A stretch of 64,000 nucleotides of DNA. It comes from Klebsormidium nitens. Lineage: Eukaryota > Plantae > Klebsormidiophyceae. Position numbers and translations under genes: made by a program. The stretch is from contig DF237314.1 of NCBI GenBank assembly GCA_000708835.1, positions 27,927 to 91,926 on the forward strand. Direction: 5' to 3'. Positions 11,101-23,343 of the stretch are shown here, in pieces. The notes beneath the pieces are model-generated. The model was not told the origin of the DNA. It worked only from the letters and a program-made list of their open reading frames with translations, and ran no database searches. How positions within the stretch are numbered: position 1 is the stretch's first letter; each line of letters opens with the position of its first letter.

Positions 11101-14100
11101 CTAAAGTCAACGAGGTTCATTGGGGTCAAGCGAGAGGTGATAGGGGGAGAATGCGGGCGAGTGAGGAGAGACGAGAAGTGACAAACAAGCAAACTGTCCA
11201 TCTCAGCTTAAGACAGAGCCGAAGGCCCCCCAGAAATAGCAGCGAAACTTCGAGTTGGAAACGACAGCCCCGCCCTCGCTAACCTGGTCGTACTCGAACG
11301 TCAAGAGACGATAGAAACTTAGCGCTGGATCGGGAAAGTCCCAAGCCCAAATTTCAAAGCGCGCAGGCATTCAGAATCCTTGTGGACTCTGCCAAGTTCG
11401 AAGATTGATCTGAAGCCACAAGGTGGCCAGAGTCCTATCACGCATCAGCGAAGTCATGATCGATGAACGCGAAGAGACGGGCCAGTCAATCACGAAGTTG
11501 CTAAAAGCACTTTGGAGCGTACAAGGGCCGAAGTCCACCGCTTTTCTCCTCACCTGCAAGTCGACCCAGGTAGGGTTCTTGTGCGCCGTCTGCCGCGTAA
11601 GCGCAGGCGGTAGGCCCCCGACCAGCACGTACAGGATCGCCCCGATGCTCCAGATGTCGCATTCGGGCCCGTAGTGCCGCTCCCACACTTCGGGCGCCGC
11701 ATAGAAAGGGGTCGCCATAAAGTCGCGCAGAACGGTGGAGTCGTCGACTATGGCCGCGCTGCCAAAGTCGACGAGCTTGATGTCGAAGGAGTGGTCGTTC
11801 ACAAATAGAATGTTCTCCGGCTTCTGTTGCATTAAAGGAGGAAATGTTAGAAAGGTCGGGGAGAAAGAGAATGTTAGAAAGGTAAGGAACAAGAAGAGGA
11901 GGAGAAGCGCTGGAAGATAAAGGAGAGCTGGATGCTAGGGATGGAGATTTCAAGGAGGCCAGAGGGTCCAGGCAAAGACTATTAAAATGTTGGACTGTTG
12001 GAATATGTGAGCGAACGATCGCACATGGTCGAAGTTTGAAACTTCCGTTTCTGCTTTGCGGGGCCTTTAGTAGTCTGGTTCAAGGGCGGCGGAGAGTCAA
12101 CCCATAACAATGCGAGAAGGGGACACTTTCTCACGGTTCTTTCGACTTTTGAGGAGGAAGGGGGGTCTCACCAGGTCTCGGTGCACCACTCGGTGGGCAT
12201 GGCAGTGCTGGATCGCCAGAAGCAGCTGCTGGACTGCACAATACATTCAGCGGGCGCAGATCAGGGCGCCAGGAAGGTTGTTAACTCATCACACCAGTGG
12301 GAGGGGAGTTGTTGAAACCCTGCTTGACAGAACGTTCTTAACAAAAAGGGGTCAATACTTCGTCCGTCTGGAAGAAGGACAGACGCGTTGGCCAGCTCAG
12401 TGGCTAGACGTTCAAGCCAACGTGAACCTATCTACTTCCTGACGTATATGTTCAAAGTCGATCCACTTCTGCCTTAATCAAGGTGCCCGAAACAGACTCT
12501 ATCACAAATTCACACCGTTCCCAAACAATACTTGATATTTGATCAAGAGCCTGTCTCAACAGGACAACACGTCGGAGAAAGAACAAGCTTGCGTGTCATG
12601 TCTAAGGTTCGCAAGTCGTCACGTGCCTTGAGCTTTCCGCTCAGTACAATTCCTTCAATTTGCACCAGATTTACAGAGAGAAATCACCAGAATATATAAT
12701 CGGCTTTCCCTGCGACCCTTGACAAGGCTTTCTCCTGAAATCCCAAGACTCCCCTGACATCCCTTTTTTCGCAATTCTCATGATCCGAATCCTATGTCCA
12801 AAGCCGTGGAAGAGTAGACGCCCGCAGCCTTTCTTAGCGAAAATTCCTTTCAACAGACGTATTGCAGTGTCGATTCTAGATGCTAATAGACTTGCAGCAT
12901 CGCCCGGTTCACTAAGGCAAGAATGGGCAAAGACAATTCGGCTCACTTATGTAGGCAGCGTCCTGCTCCAGGAAGACGTCCCGCGTTGCAAGGTTTTGGA
13001 AGAGGTCTCCGCCACTGCAGAGCTCCATGACGATGTAAAAGTAAATGGCGTCTTCGTACGTGGCATACAGCTCCACCACCTTATTTGTGTGTGCGTGCCC
13101 CTCAAATATCTGTGCGAAAGAACCAGGTAAAACTCAACATACTTATCATGTTTCTGTTTGTCAAACCTCATTGGTTTTGGAGCGGCATCCTCAATTCGTT
13201 CATGTCCGTGTGCCCCACATATGTGTGAAGATTGAACGAGAAAGCTTTTGGTTTGAACACCGTAGGTGTAGGCCAGTGTTCCACTAAGAAAAGACACGGG
13301 CAATCGTGTCACAAGTTCGAGTCCCGTTGGTGTGCACATTAACTCAGGACTTTGATTTTACAAGAGCTCGGCGAGTTCTTCCCAGCTCAAAGGCCTTTTG
13401 GTATATGAGAAACAACAAAAAGATCAAGAACTTACATCCCTTGGTGCAGGGTTTTGTCAGACACGCTTGAGACAGTTTGACCTGCGTTCAGGATCTCAGG
13501 TCTCCCACGCAATCAGTTCTCCTCCATATCGTTTTCAAAAGTGCTGGTTTGTGGCTCACGTCTGTCGACCAGAAAAGCTGGATTCATCATGCAATGTCAA
13601 GTAAAGAACTCTTAGAGAATCTTCTTTCTGAAAAGGCTTTGACGACCTCTCTCTGCCCCTCTGTTGGCCCTGGAAACAAACAACACGAGTTTCTAAACTG
13701 GAATACTCGAAAAGCAGAGGGGAAACTTGGGGTCAAAATCAGCAACCCAGAACGATCTAGATTGCAAGAGCGGCAACTCTCCAAGAGTGGCTGAATCTCC
13801 AGAGACCTGGAGGTTCAGAAAGCTTAGACCTTGCCACCCTCAACTCCCCTCATCTTTGGACAACAATGAAGACGCCTCACTGTTTTCACATTTCCCCGAT
13901 TTTCTCACACCCTCATTACTTCGTAAAAATTCAACCATCACAATCCTAGACGATGTCGTCCAGAGCAGATTGTCCCACAGTCCAAAATACCGTGGCCAAG
14001 TAAGACGACTTTCTTTAGCAGGTGCAAAGTTTGAGGGGTGTGTTCGATACCTTCTGCAGGGCGTGAATCTCTGAGACCTTGCTTATTCTGGCGGGCCGAG

Positions 14101-14646
14101 TGGACAGCACCTTCTTGGAGCAGGCCTTGATGGCCACCTTCCTTCCCGTCCTCTTTTCGACTCCTTGCCTGCATATCAGTTGACCTTTCAACATCCCAAT
14201 AAAAGTCATAGAATTTAAAAACTTTGTGTTGTCTATTATTTTGACTTCAGGAAGAACAACACAATAGATTGCAGGCGGTTATATCACTTCAAGCATTGTG
14301 CGTCAAGACACCAATATTCTCACATCATGGTGCATTATACTCCAGTTGATAAGCAGATTGCTGGCTGATACCAGAAGTCAAATGGTGTAAGTAGACCATA
14401 CAAAATCGTGGCAGAATCAATCGCTGATCAAGAAGTAGAACAGTGGCAGGAGAAACGCATTTAAACCCATGAGAGGGGGTTCTGCATGCAAGCTGACCTG
14501 ACAGTCGCCACCCTGCCATACCCAATGCTGCCTCCCAAAACTTTGTAATCATCTCTTAAATGTGCCCCCGCCCCAATTTTCGTCTTTTCATCGAGCCAGC
14601 TGTCCTTTGCTTCAACCTCCGCTGGCTCCCCAAAGCAGTTGCCCAT
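8168..14646 (-). CDS. CDPK-superfamily (CDPK-related, CRK-like) Ser/Thr protein kinase, ~556 aa, with degenerate calmodulin-like domain
   Basis: Exons 14498-14646, 14051-14168, 12947-13109, 12172-12233, 11554-11823, 10489-10692, 9380-9466, 8168-8785 (1671 nt, in frame). N-terminus MGNCFG (myristoylation/palmitoylation pattern), G-loop IGYGRVATV, VAIK, MELCSGGDLF, HRDLKPEN, DFG, TPFYAAPE, DIWSIG, junction-like IRNIRAYQKIRQFQKAAVVLL. No canonical EF-hand loop is visible. Confidence 0.88.
9753..9890 (+). pseudogene. Degenerate tRNA-derived relic (tRNA-Tyr-like / SINE-head-like) inside a kinase intron, antisense to the kinase
   Basis: A-box match TAGCTAAGTCGG (9760-9771), B-box match GGTTCAAATC (9874-9883). 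The stretch GTTGGTAG..CGCAGAACTGT..GGCCGCTGGTTCAAATC resembles eukaryotic tRNA-Tyr (GTTGGTAGAGCGGAGGACTGT..GGTCGCTGGTTCGAATC). No acceptor stem can be folded. Confidence 0.3.
10660..10891 (-). repeat. Tandem echo of the 3' splice site and exon start of kinase exon 10489-10692
   Basis: gtcaccttgccggcct[g/a]ggttaa..gag..gggtta occurs at ~10679-10712 and ~10857-10891; acceptors at 10693 and 10871 (178 bp apart). Confidence 0.85.
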
Positions 14647-15530
14647 CTTTTTCAAATGCCTTAACAATGGTTCTATCAAGGGCAACGCTCATGAATGTGT
14701 TTCTCAAACTGATTCTGCATTGTACCGCAAAGAACGCGACTGTCTGTTAGCTGTGAGCATGCTTGAGAAGAGCACAGCCTCTGTTGCACAGCAAGGGAGC
14801 AGGAACGATTTGTGAGAGCATCGGCTCGTAGTAGAATCGGGCTTTCCTCTATCTTTTCTTCAAGGGATCCCACAACACCTATGCACTGCCCCCAAGAAAA
14901 GCAAAAATAGGTACTGCCAGAGCGGGGACAATGGTCGGAAGGAAGCAATTTTGCAAGCTCAGAAACAAGAGGGGGCGCACAGGTCGTCTTCTTGTTTGGG
15001 CCAGCTGTGCAAAAAATTTGGCTCAGGTACCTACACCAGTTGCCAGCTGTCACAAGATGTTCTGATCAAGCTGCGTCTTTTCAGAAAGATGCCCCTTTCT
15101 GTACGCTTTGACACCATTTTTGCCAGTGTCTTGCCCCCGGTCATTCCTGATTCAGAATGCAGCTTCTACACAGCCACCAGGCTGACCGGAGATGTCGATC
15201 TTGATGCCTGAATTGTCCACATCGGTCGCCAGATTAATCACTGGTATACCAAAGCCAGCCCTCTCCGTCGAATAGTGTCAAAGCAAGTTCTTCCACACTC
15301 GCAGACAGCTTCCTCCATGTGAATTTCATCAATCGCACTGCATGTGGTCCAAGGAGCACTGGAATCTGGAATGCATTGATCAGGGTGCCCTTTGCAGTGG
15401 CGTTCCTGCCTGGATGAAATGGTGATGTTGACAGCACGACAGCGTTCCAAGCTGTGAGTCAGCTGGTGCTGCCGTTGTGAGGGAAACCAGCAGCCGCCCT
15501 TTGTCAGCATGCAATGCCGTAGAGTCTGCG

Positions 15531-18500
15531 ATGGGGCTGTCCCACCGGAATGCTGCTCGACCTACTCAAAATATTGCTGAAGACAAAAGCTCTGAGACCG
15601 TAACCTATGCTGACAAGCAGAGCCCGAGCAGTGCCCCTGTGGGAGGCCCCCGTCCCAGGCTGCAGAAGAAGTCCTCCTTCAAGGAGTGGCTCCAACGGAA
15701 GCGCTCTTTCACCGACCTCTTTGATTCCGAAGGATACACTGGCCTGTCCAAGCAATGGAGTTCTCTCAAAGGGAAGGCTGAGGAAAAGTTCGGGTTTCGG
15801 AAAGTGGAGGGAGGGGAGCCAGGCCAGGGCAATGCGTCCCCCCTGAAAGGACGGGCGGCCCTGCGGAACGTGGTGGTGAAGCAGGACACGTCCCTCTGGA
15901 CGCACTTCTACGACAGCTACATCTACCTCCTCCGCCTCCCGGCACACCTGTTCACGTTCTACTGTATGCTGGCGCCTTTCCTCGTTGCAATGCCTTTCAC
16001 ACTGGTCTACCTTCTCGACCTTGAAGGTCAGTCCTTCAACTTCCTTGGAACAATGTTCTCGCATGTCAAGCCCGTTGATCATCATTCACCATCGCATCAG
16101 AATGGGGTCAGTAAGAAATCATGGCAGGGACGGCAGACCTTAGACTGGATTGTACAAAACTTCATGTCCAATGCATTGCTAATCCATTGCTTATGCAGGG
16201 GGAAGATTGATAGGCTGTCTGCCGCTGCTGCCGCAAATGGAAGTTGGTGGCCTCTTCTCAAGCGAGCCCGTGCCCATGGATTACAATGAGACAGGAAAGA
16301 GAATTCTCATCTTTTGTTTGATCGCAGGATTTATCTTCCAAGAGAAGCAGCAGACGGTCTCCCTCCTGGAGCTGTCAGAGGGCCGCGTCCCCAGGCTGGG
16401 GCAACAAGGCGTGCTGCTCGAAGTATACCTGTACAGCCTGTCGCTGTCTACAACGTTCGGGGCCTCCCGTATTGACGCTCGCTCACCATTCTGTCTCCTT
16501 GTGGCAAATATCAACACGCTGGTAGCTCAGCTTATGTTCGTCTTCTTAAGCGGCGCTGTGTTTCAACGGCTGAGCCAGCCGAGTCAGCCCGTGAGAATCG
16601 CAACGCTGGCGATCCTTACAGACGACTTCTTCGAGGGGGAAGGGGAGCGCGACAGCTCCGCAGACAAGAAGTACAAGTAAGAGCGTACTTTGAAGTTGCA
16701 CATAAAACGCAATTTCCAGCTTCTTCTTATCTTGGACGCCTAGCTCTTCAGTCTAATGGAAGCATATATGGGCGATGAAAGGGCAGCAGCATTGTCAACA
16801 ACAAAGTGGGGTGCTGTGTCAAATGATGCTTTTACATAAGTATATTCTTGTGGCTGGCTAAGTGGCTGCATCCCTGACACACGCCCTCTGAAGCCGCTAA
16901 TCATCTTGGTCCTTGCTTCACTTCGGACAGAAGCTGTTATCATTCTGATCATCAGCAGATTGTTCTTCAAGGAACGCTTTCTCATTCTGTGAACCTTTCA
17001 GACTGTGTTCGCAGGTCCTCCGTCCCTCTTGTTTTCGATCTTGAGTCCAAGAAGGCAACTGTCCATTTCGAAGTGAGATGTTAAACGTCAATTTGTCCAT
17101 TTTTCTTGTCTCGGGCCTCCTAACAAAAAAGTTGTTCGGTCTGCTTCTGCTTGACAGCATCATTCCCTCTTAGAATACCTCATGTCTATCGTAGTTGCGT
17201 CCTTTTCTTGGGTTATTTCGACCAGTCTATTATCAGTCAAATCTCAGGTTTTGTTCTGCTGACGTCACGCCTATCCTTCTTGCAGGATTCTGATGACGCG
17301 CCTCGTCCTGACGGGACCTGGTTCGAACCTGATCGACGCCAAGTTGGACTTGGTGTACCGTCACATGATGCAGTTGCCGGGGGGATCCCCCTTCATGTCC
17401 ACGCACTCCCTCAAACTGGTCCGATCAGAGGTACGAAGCGTGCCCCTCTCTGTTTTCAATATACAATCTGCAGAAAACGCTTTATTTTGAGCCTGAGCAA
17501 TATCAGAGCTCGCAGTTTTCAAGAGCCCGGATTCCGCTTTGCTCTTACGTATCCTTGGCTACGGCTGTCAGACGAAAGTGTCGACAGAAAAAGGTTGCAA
17601 AAGCGGTCCTCAAGACGGGAGCTTAACTTTCTGACGTCTTTTCGAGGTTGGAGACGGAAAAGCTTGAAAGCAGAACCCTACTCTCGAAAGCGGAACCGTC
17701 CCACTTAGCAACCGTCCGCGCAGTTTTGGGGCGTGAGCACATAAACCGAGGAGCTTAGTGTGGCACCCGAAAATGTTCCTTGCCATGAGGTGACTACCAT
17801 GTAAAGACGACCCATTTGCTGGTCATCGCCATGAGAAGATCCTAGACCTCTCTCCCCACTCTGGCCGTTCTGAAACGCTTTCAAAAGTTGACCGGTTGCC
17901 TCTGCTTCCTCGCTCCAATTAGCTTCCGGGACATGTGGCGGATCCCTTCTACTTCTCAAACGCTTCAATGCCTTTATTGTAACCATATCATGGTTCTTTC
18001 CAAGAGCGTCTTCATATCTGCATTGGCGGGGTCTTCATTCCATTGGGCATTCCGGAGTCTCGACTTCGGGCACAGCAACAGAGCGGTGCTGCTATCAAGG
18101 ATACCGGCTATCTCAAAAGTTTGAACCCCGAGGTGCCTTTCGAATGCGGGGCAGCGCCTTTGCATAAGAAAGAGTGGACGTGCAAAGTTGAAAGCTTCTT
18201 CGAGGGCCCTTGACGCTTTCCACTCTGTCCCATCCGCAAACTTTGAACCAAGGGTTGGCCTCGCTTGGATCCGCTGACGTCATTCGCCGTCTTATACCAG
18301 TCGTCCAGCCTGCGGTACGGCATGCTCATTCGCCACGTCATCAACGAGGAGAGCCCTCTGTTCGGCGCCTGCAGCCAAGAGCAGCTCCTGGCGGAGGACG
18401 CCAACTTTCAGGTGAGAGCTCGCAGGTCGAGCGGGTCGCAACCATTTTTCCAAGTGTGAACGCGCTCGCGAGTGGCGCAGTCTCATGTTTGAACCCTGTC

Positions 18501-19200
18501 GGATGCGACGCCGCGACGACTAGAGGTTTGCTTTTCTGGTATCGAGATTTCTTCTTTTCACTTTGATGTCCTTCCAATCGCCTGGCATTGGACTTTCTTC
18601 CTGCTGAAAAGTGGTTGGGTAGTGCTCTCCAGTCACCTCGACACGAAGGTCTGCGCTCGAGCATTTGAACCTATCTGTCAACTTCCTCTTCGTTTCTGCA
18701 ACTGGTCGGCAAGGAAGTTGGGCGGGTTGTCGGTGTTGCTCAGAACCGGTCGTCATCATGCCTCGAATTTGAGTCCAAGTCTTTTTGCTCCCTTTCATAC
18801 CTACTCTCAGATACAGGTCACTAGTAGGTCGGGTCGATTGCCCCACCTTGATAGGCGAACCCAGACAACCTGTCCCGGCTGCTGAACCGACCGGCAGCAT
18901 TGCACCTTTTAGAGCAAACACGAAACACGACGATATTGGCTCACGTTGCCAGCAAAGTGTGAACTCACTAATATTGCCGTGTGATCCATGTTGCAGCTGA
19001 CAGTGATGGCCACGGAACGGTCTTCGATGCAGCCGGTTTTCGCGGACCAGATGTTCTTCGTCACGGACGCTGAGGTGATTTGGGACGCCCACTTTGTGGA
19101 CATAATTAGTTTGTCGAAGGGGAAGCGGGTCATGGAACACAGTAAGCTGAACGCGTATAGAAAGGAGGGTAAGGTGTTGTATCACGTTGGAGGCGAGTAG
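15531..19200 (+). CDS. Inward-rectifier (Kir/IRK-fold) ion channel-like protein, ~434 aa, non-canonical selectivity filter
   Basis: Exons 15531-16026, 16328-16676, 17286-17430, 18301-18411, 18997-19200 (1305 nt, in frame). The last exon could alternatively splice at G|gtaagg (19169). Kir hallmarks: slide-helix-like FYDSYIYLLRL, TM1, pore helix YSLSLSTTFG, TM2 ending LSGAVFQRLSQP, cytoplasmic NLIDAKLDL, RHVINEESPLFG, EVIWDAHFVDII. Confidence 0.8.
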
Positions 19201-20238
19201 CAGAGCGCTGCGCTGGCTTCTATAATCGGCCCTCAGTGATGTCCGTCATGACTCTGTACATACCGTTGTATATTTTCCAGGGGGCACTGCAGCGCGCACT
19301 TCTCTGTCTTGAAAGGTCGGTTCATTTTGGGCTTCAATCACTGAGTACTGGATACAGGCCGACATGTGTCAGTGCACGTGAACCTTTGCCTGTCTTGCAA
19401 ATCATCATGCATACATGGTTACCTACTAGCCCAGGCCGTCTGACGAGCACACGCCTGGTGGATGGCCCACGTGTCGAGTGAGTAATTAACATGGACATAT
19501 ATTTCACTACAAGTGTACGCAACTCCATATTAGTCATGCGCCGCGATATCTATTGGTAGAAATAAGCCTTCTATAGTTCCGCGCGATCATATGATGCCTA
19601 TGGATGCAAGCTGAAAGTCGGATTTAGGTTCCGTTTAAACGCCGGCGCACACTATACTGCCGCCAGATCGTTGTAATGCCGTGCGCGCGTGCGAGGGCTT
19701 GCCAACCACATGCATGCGGTTGCATGTCTGAGTTGGCAATCCACACGTATCTAGTGATTGATGTAGTATATATTTTATAAGGATGATCGGGTATTGCGGG
19801 CCGATGTGTATTCCATCCGTTCCTAGATCGCCGGCGGCGTTAGACGGTTCGTTCGCGTTTTCCCTACGGATATCTCTGTGCAATATGTTCGATCAAGCTG
19901 ATGCGCGAATAGGTGGCGCGGCCGCCCTGGCCGGGGGTCATGCAGACTGGCAGCACAAGGGCTCTTACTCTGACGGTTATTGAATTTGGTGGGAAACCGG
20001 ATTGAACGTTCCTTGTCGAGGCTTCAGTGGACCGTGGAACCGCCATATAATAGTGGCTTAGCGGTCAAGGACTCACACTTCATTCGTACGTTCGTTTGCT
20101 TTTCCATGTTGGGCCTAGGTCTGTTAAGCTTGATGGAATCTACTCACGCCTATATACACTCTCTGACCGAAGTCTTTCCAACGTAGTTCGTGTCAATTCT
20201 GGTCATCCAATCTGGTCGCCCTCATCTTCTCGCCAAAG

Positions 20239-22225
20239 TCAGTATAAGTATACCCCAAATGCTGTAGCGACGCAAAAGATGGTCTCGCTGAGGAAGGTCT
20301 CTTCAGCATAGTTGTCCGTGTTTGTATCCCAGAAGCAGCTGCACAGCGAAAGTAAACAGCCGGTCTGGATGGTACTGTTTTCCGCAGCAAGCAAGCAATG
20401 GCCTTTCAAGACGGTCTATGTAGCTTGCTCGCTTCAACATCGGGAAAAGTCACAAGTTGCACCGCGTGTTTTAGTGCTATTTAAATTGGCTCCATTTCAT
20501 AACTTGTGTGCATGCGTGCGTGATCGCATCGTCTCAAGGAAAGCCCTCATGAACCTTCCTACCTGTCATCTTAGAAATGAGCTTAATGACTTCTTGCGAG
20601 TTGCAAAAGTATCATTCAGATGACGTTCTGAGGCCAAGAAACCTAAAGACTTATATTCGAGGCGGCTCAACCGAGGACGGACAAGAAGAGCAGCAGACGA
20701 AGAGAATTGTGGCGCATCCGCTTACCGACAGCCCATTCTGACGCCTTCTCCCCTTTGTTCGCCAATCACGACCTGAACAACGAACTTGTATCGTTCCAGG
20801 CCAAGACCTGCGAAAAGTGTGCAGGCATCTCCGATTCTGCGCGGATGTGTTGCACAGCAAAATTGGGACGAACGGTTTGCGAAGATCACGAAATGAGCTT
20901 GCCTCACCAAGTACGAGTTCTTTACATCTGTAGAAGCGAAAGTCGTCTTTCGGTGGCTGGCTCTTACTGCTGAAGAAGAATCTGTGTATTCAGCTATGTT
21001 CAGGAATTTTGATCGACCTCCCTCCGCTTTGAGCTTCAGTCGGTGGCTCAACGGCTGTGAAACGTGTAACGAGTTATAAACCAATAGACCAAGCGCACAG
21101 ACAGACATGCGGCCAGGATGGCCACTAGTTCGGTACCAAAGCCATGGAGTCCTTTGGAAGGAGCACAATACCGTTGGGTTCCAAAGACGTCTTGTCAGCA
21201 CCCAACAGGAATGAAGAAGACCTCTAGACCTCGTCATTCTCCACGCTTCAAGCACTTCGATGCACTACCTCGCATCCCAATCCTCATTGCTATTGAAGAA
21301 GTATTGGAAGTATGTCATGTACCTTTCAGCTTCGTCTTGATTTCGTCTGCAATTTCAGTGGTCCAGCCCGACGTATTGTCCGCGTGGTACTGCACCCCTG
21401 TCAACTTTGACCGTAAGACTTGGCTCATGATTGTGCGCGCCTTTGCTGGCCGGAACCTGGAAGAGTAGGATACGCAATTTTGCAAAGGTGCACTTATTTT
21501 TGCAGGCCACAAAAGTCCCGACAATCAGAAGTCAAGAGGAGCGTGTAATGTTTGAAAATTCTCCACCCTATTTGATTTTGCACAAGTCCCTCCATTGTCA
21601 GTTTGGCATGCCTTTGGCAACACCGTGACTGCCTTTGGAACAGCTTCCTTTAATGGAGCAGCTCAAGGGTCCAACAAAATGGTCCAACATAATGGTCGTG
21701 TGGGCTCATGGCGTAACTTGTTCGCAGTCCATCATGGACTTCGTGAGTGATGCTGCATGGACTACAAGGTGGGGTGCTACTGACACCGGGCGTCCTAATG
21801 CAATGCAGATAATTCGCTCTGATTGGCTGTCCATTTTTCGTCAGTAACACAAAAGCAAGTTAGGAAGCCAGGTGATTGGTAGGATGTTGAATGCAGCAGT
21901 GGTAAATTAGAAGCTGACAAAAGTTGAGCTAAAGCACGTCAGAATGTAAGCAAGATGAAATGGATTCCGTCAACCTACTTTGAAATTAACTATGGTTGTA
22001 GTACACCAGTTTTTCAAAGGAGAAGCACAGCTAATAAACTCATTTGGAACTCATGTGCATTAAAACAGGGACTAATTAAAGAGAGAGATTCGAAGAGAGA
22101 TGGTCCAGATCGGCTGATTTGGCAGAACCTCACCTTTTGCTGAACTCTGGCTCGATGGGGTAGTCTGCTGCGGATGTGCTTGCCACAGGTGACATCTCTG
22201 GGCTAGCTGCATCTTCATCCTGCAT
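20239..22225 (-). CDS. TCTEX1D2: Tctex1/Tctex2-family dynein light chain (TCTEX1D2/Tctex2b-like), 135 aa
   Basis: Exons 22134-22225, 21323-21456, 20726-20807, 20239-20338 (408 nt, in frame). Encodes YPIEPEFSKRFRP...IADEIKTKLKGLGLERYKFVVQVVIGEQRGEGVRMGCRCFWDTNTDNYAEETFLSETIFCVATAFGVYLY*, matching the Tctex1D2 signature RYKxVVQVVIGEQRGEGV...RCFWD..TD. Confidence 0.9.
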
Positions 22226-23343
22226 TTTGATTGCTCTTCAGCTCTTGCAAAACTTACAAAGATAGATATATGTAGGAGCGAGCTCAATAGATACTTGTAT
22301 GGTTGGTTGAAGACTACTGGCACCTAGTCGCTGCGTAGATAGTGCAGACAACGCCTGGGTGATGCTCTTCTATGCATGTGTGCAGCTTCTCGAGGTTTAT
22401 CCCACCAGAGGAAGTCCAGAAGGCCCTTCAGGAACTTTTGCAGATCAGAGCGAGCTATCGTTCAAAATGGTTAAGCTTCTGCCTCTCAAAACATCTTTGT
22501 AGTACACGAACTGAAATCAGCTCTGTTTGCTTCTTTATTCCAGAACGTCGTGATGCATATGTAGACGTACGTGCCGCAGATGTCTAAATAAGGTGGGATA
22601 AGGTGGCACAGACTCACGATCAAAACCACATCGATCGGTGCTGAGGTGAGCAAGTCTGAGGTTTGAGGCAGCAAATTCCTGCTGAGTTCCGATTCGTGCC
22701 GACGCGACAACGGTAAAGATTGGAGCTACAGACAGAGCCTCTCGTTCTCGACCGTCGATCCCCCGGCGCAGCCGCAATTTGGAGGTGCACGCACGCTCAC
22801 GCGTACCTATCTTTGGTCCCACTCAGAACGCCGCATGTCCAAAAATCATCCATTTTGATTGGGCCGCGTGTCACTTATATAGAGGGGTCGCAGTCGCTTC
22901 AAATTGAACCTGATGCAACGTCATTTAGTCGTCACACTCAAAATTCACACCATCGAGCGGCCACGGTAATCTACAATGACATATCGGACGGCCAAACAAG
23001 GCTCCTCAGTATATAAGCGGTATGATCATAAGTTGTTGAATACCTAAATCATTACGCTGATGAATTCGCTCCTAGATATCTCTCTTTTTCTCTTATTTCT
23101 CCCCTTTTATCTCTTTTTCCTCCTTTATCTCTTGGCTGTGAGTGAGACCCCACCTGTGATGCTCTCAGCAAGCACAGCAAGCTCAGCCTGCTCAGTTTGG
23201 CCCTGGGCAGCCATTCCTCGAAGATTTCCTATTCTCAGGTGTTGCTCTGCAGCAACTTGTGTAGTCTTACGTCTTCAATATGTCAATAGCTGTCAATAGC
23301 AAGCGGGTTAACGTCGTCTTCTTTTAGGGGCGTGACCTTCATA

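Noticed and set aside
13200-13235. Weak resemblance (atatgtggggcacacggaca) to the start of kinase exon 12947-13109
   Set aside because: Too short and divergent, and it lacks the AG; cannot be distinguished from chance.
13794-13819. 11-bp imperfect inverted repeat tgaatctccag/ctggaggttca in a kinase intron
   Set aside because: A single small hairpin is expected by chance in 64 kb.
19500-19960. Compositionally odd intergenic stretch with short GC palindromes (possible MITE)
   Set aside because: No convincing terminal inverted repeats or target-site duplication could be defined.
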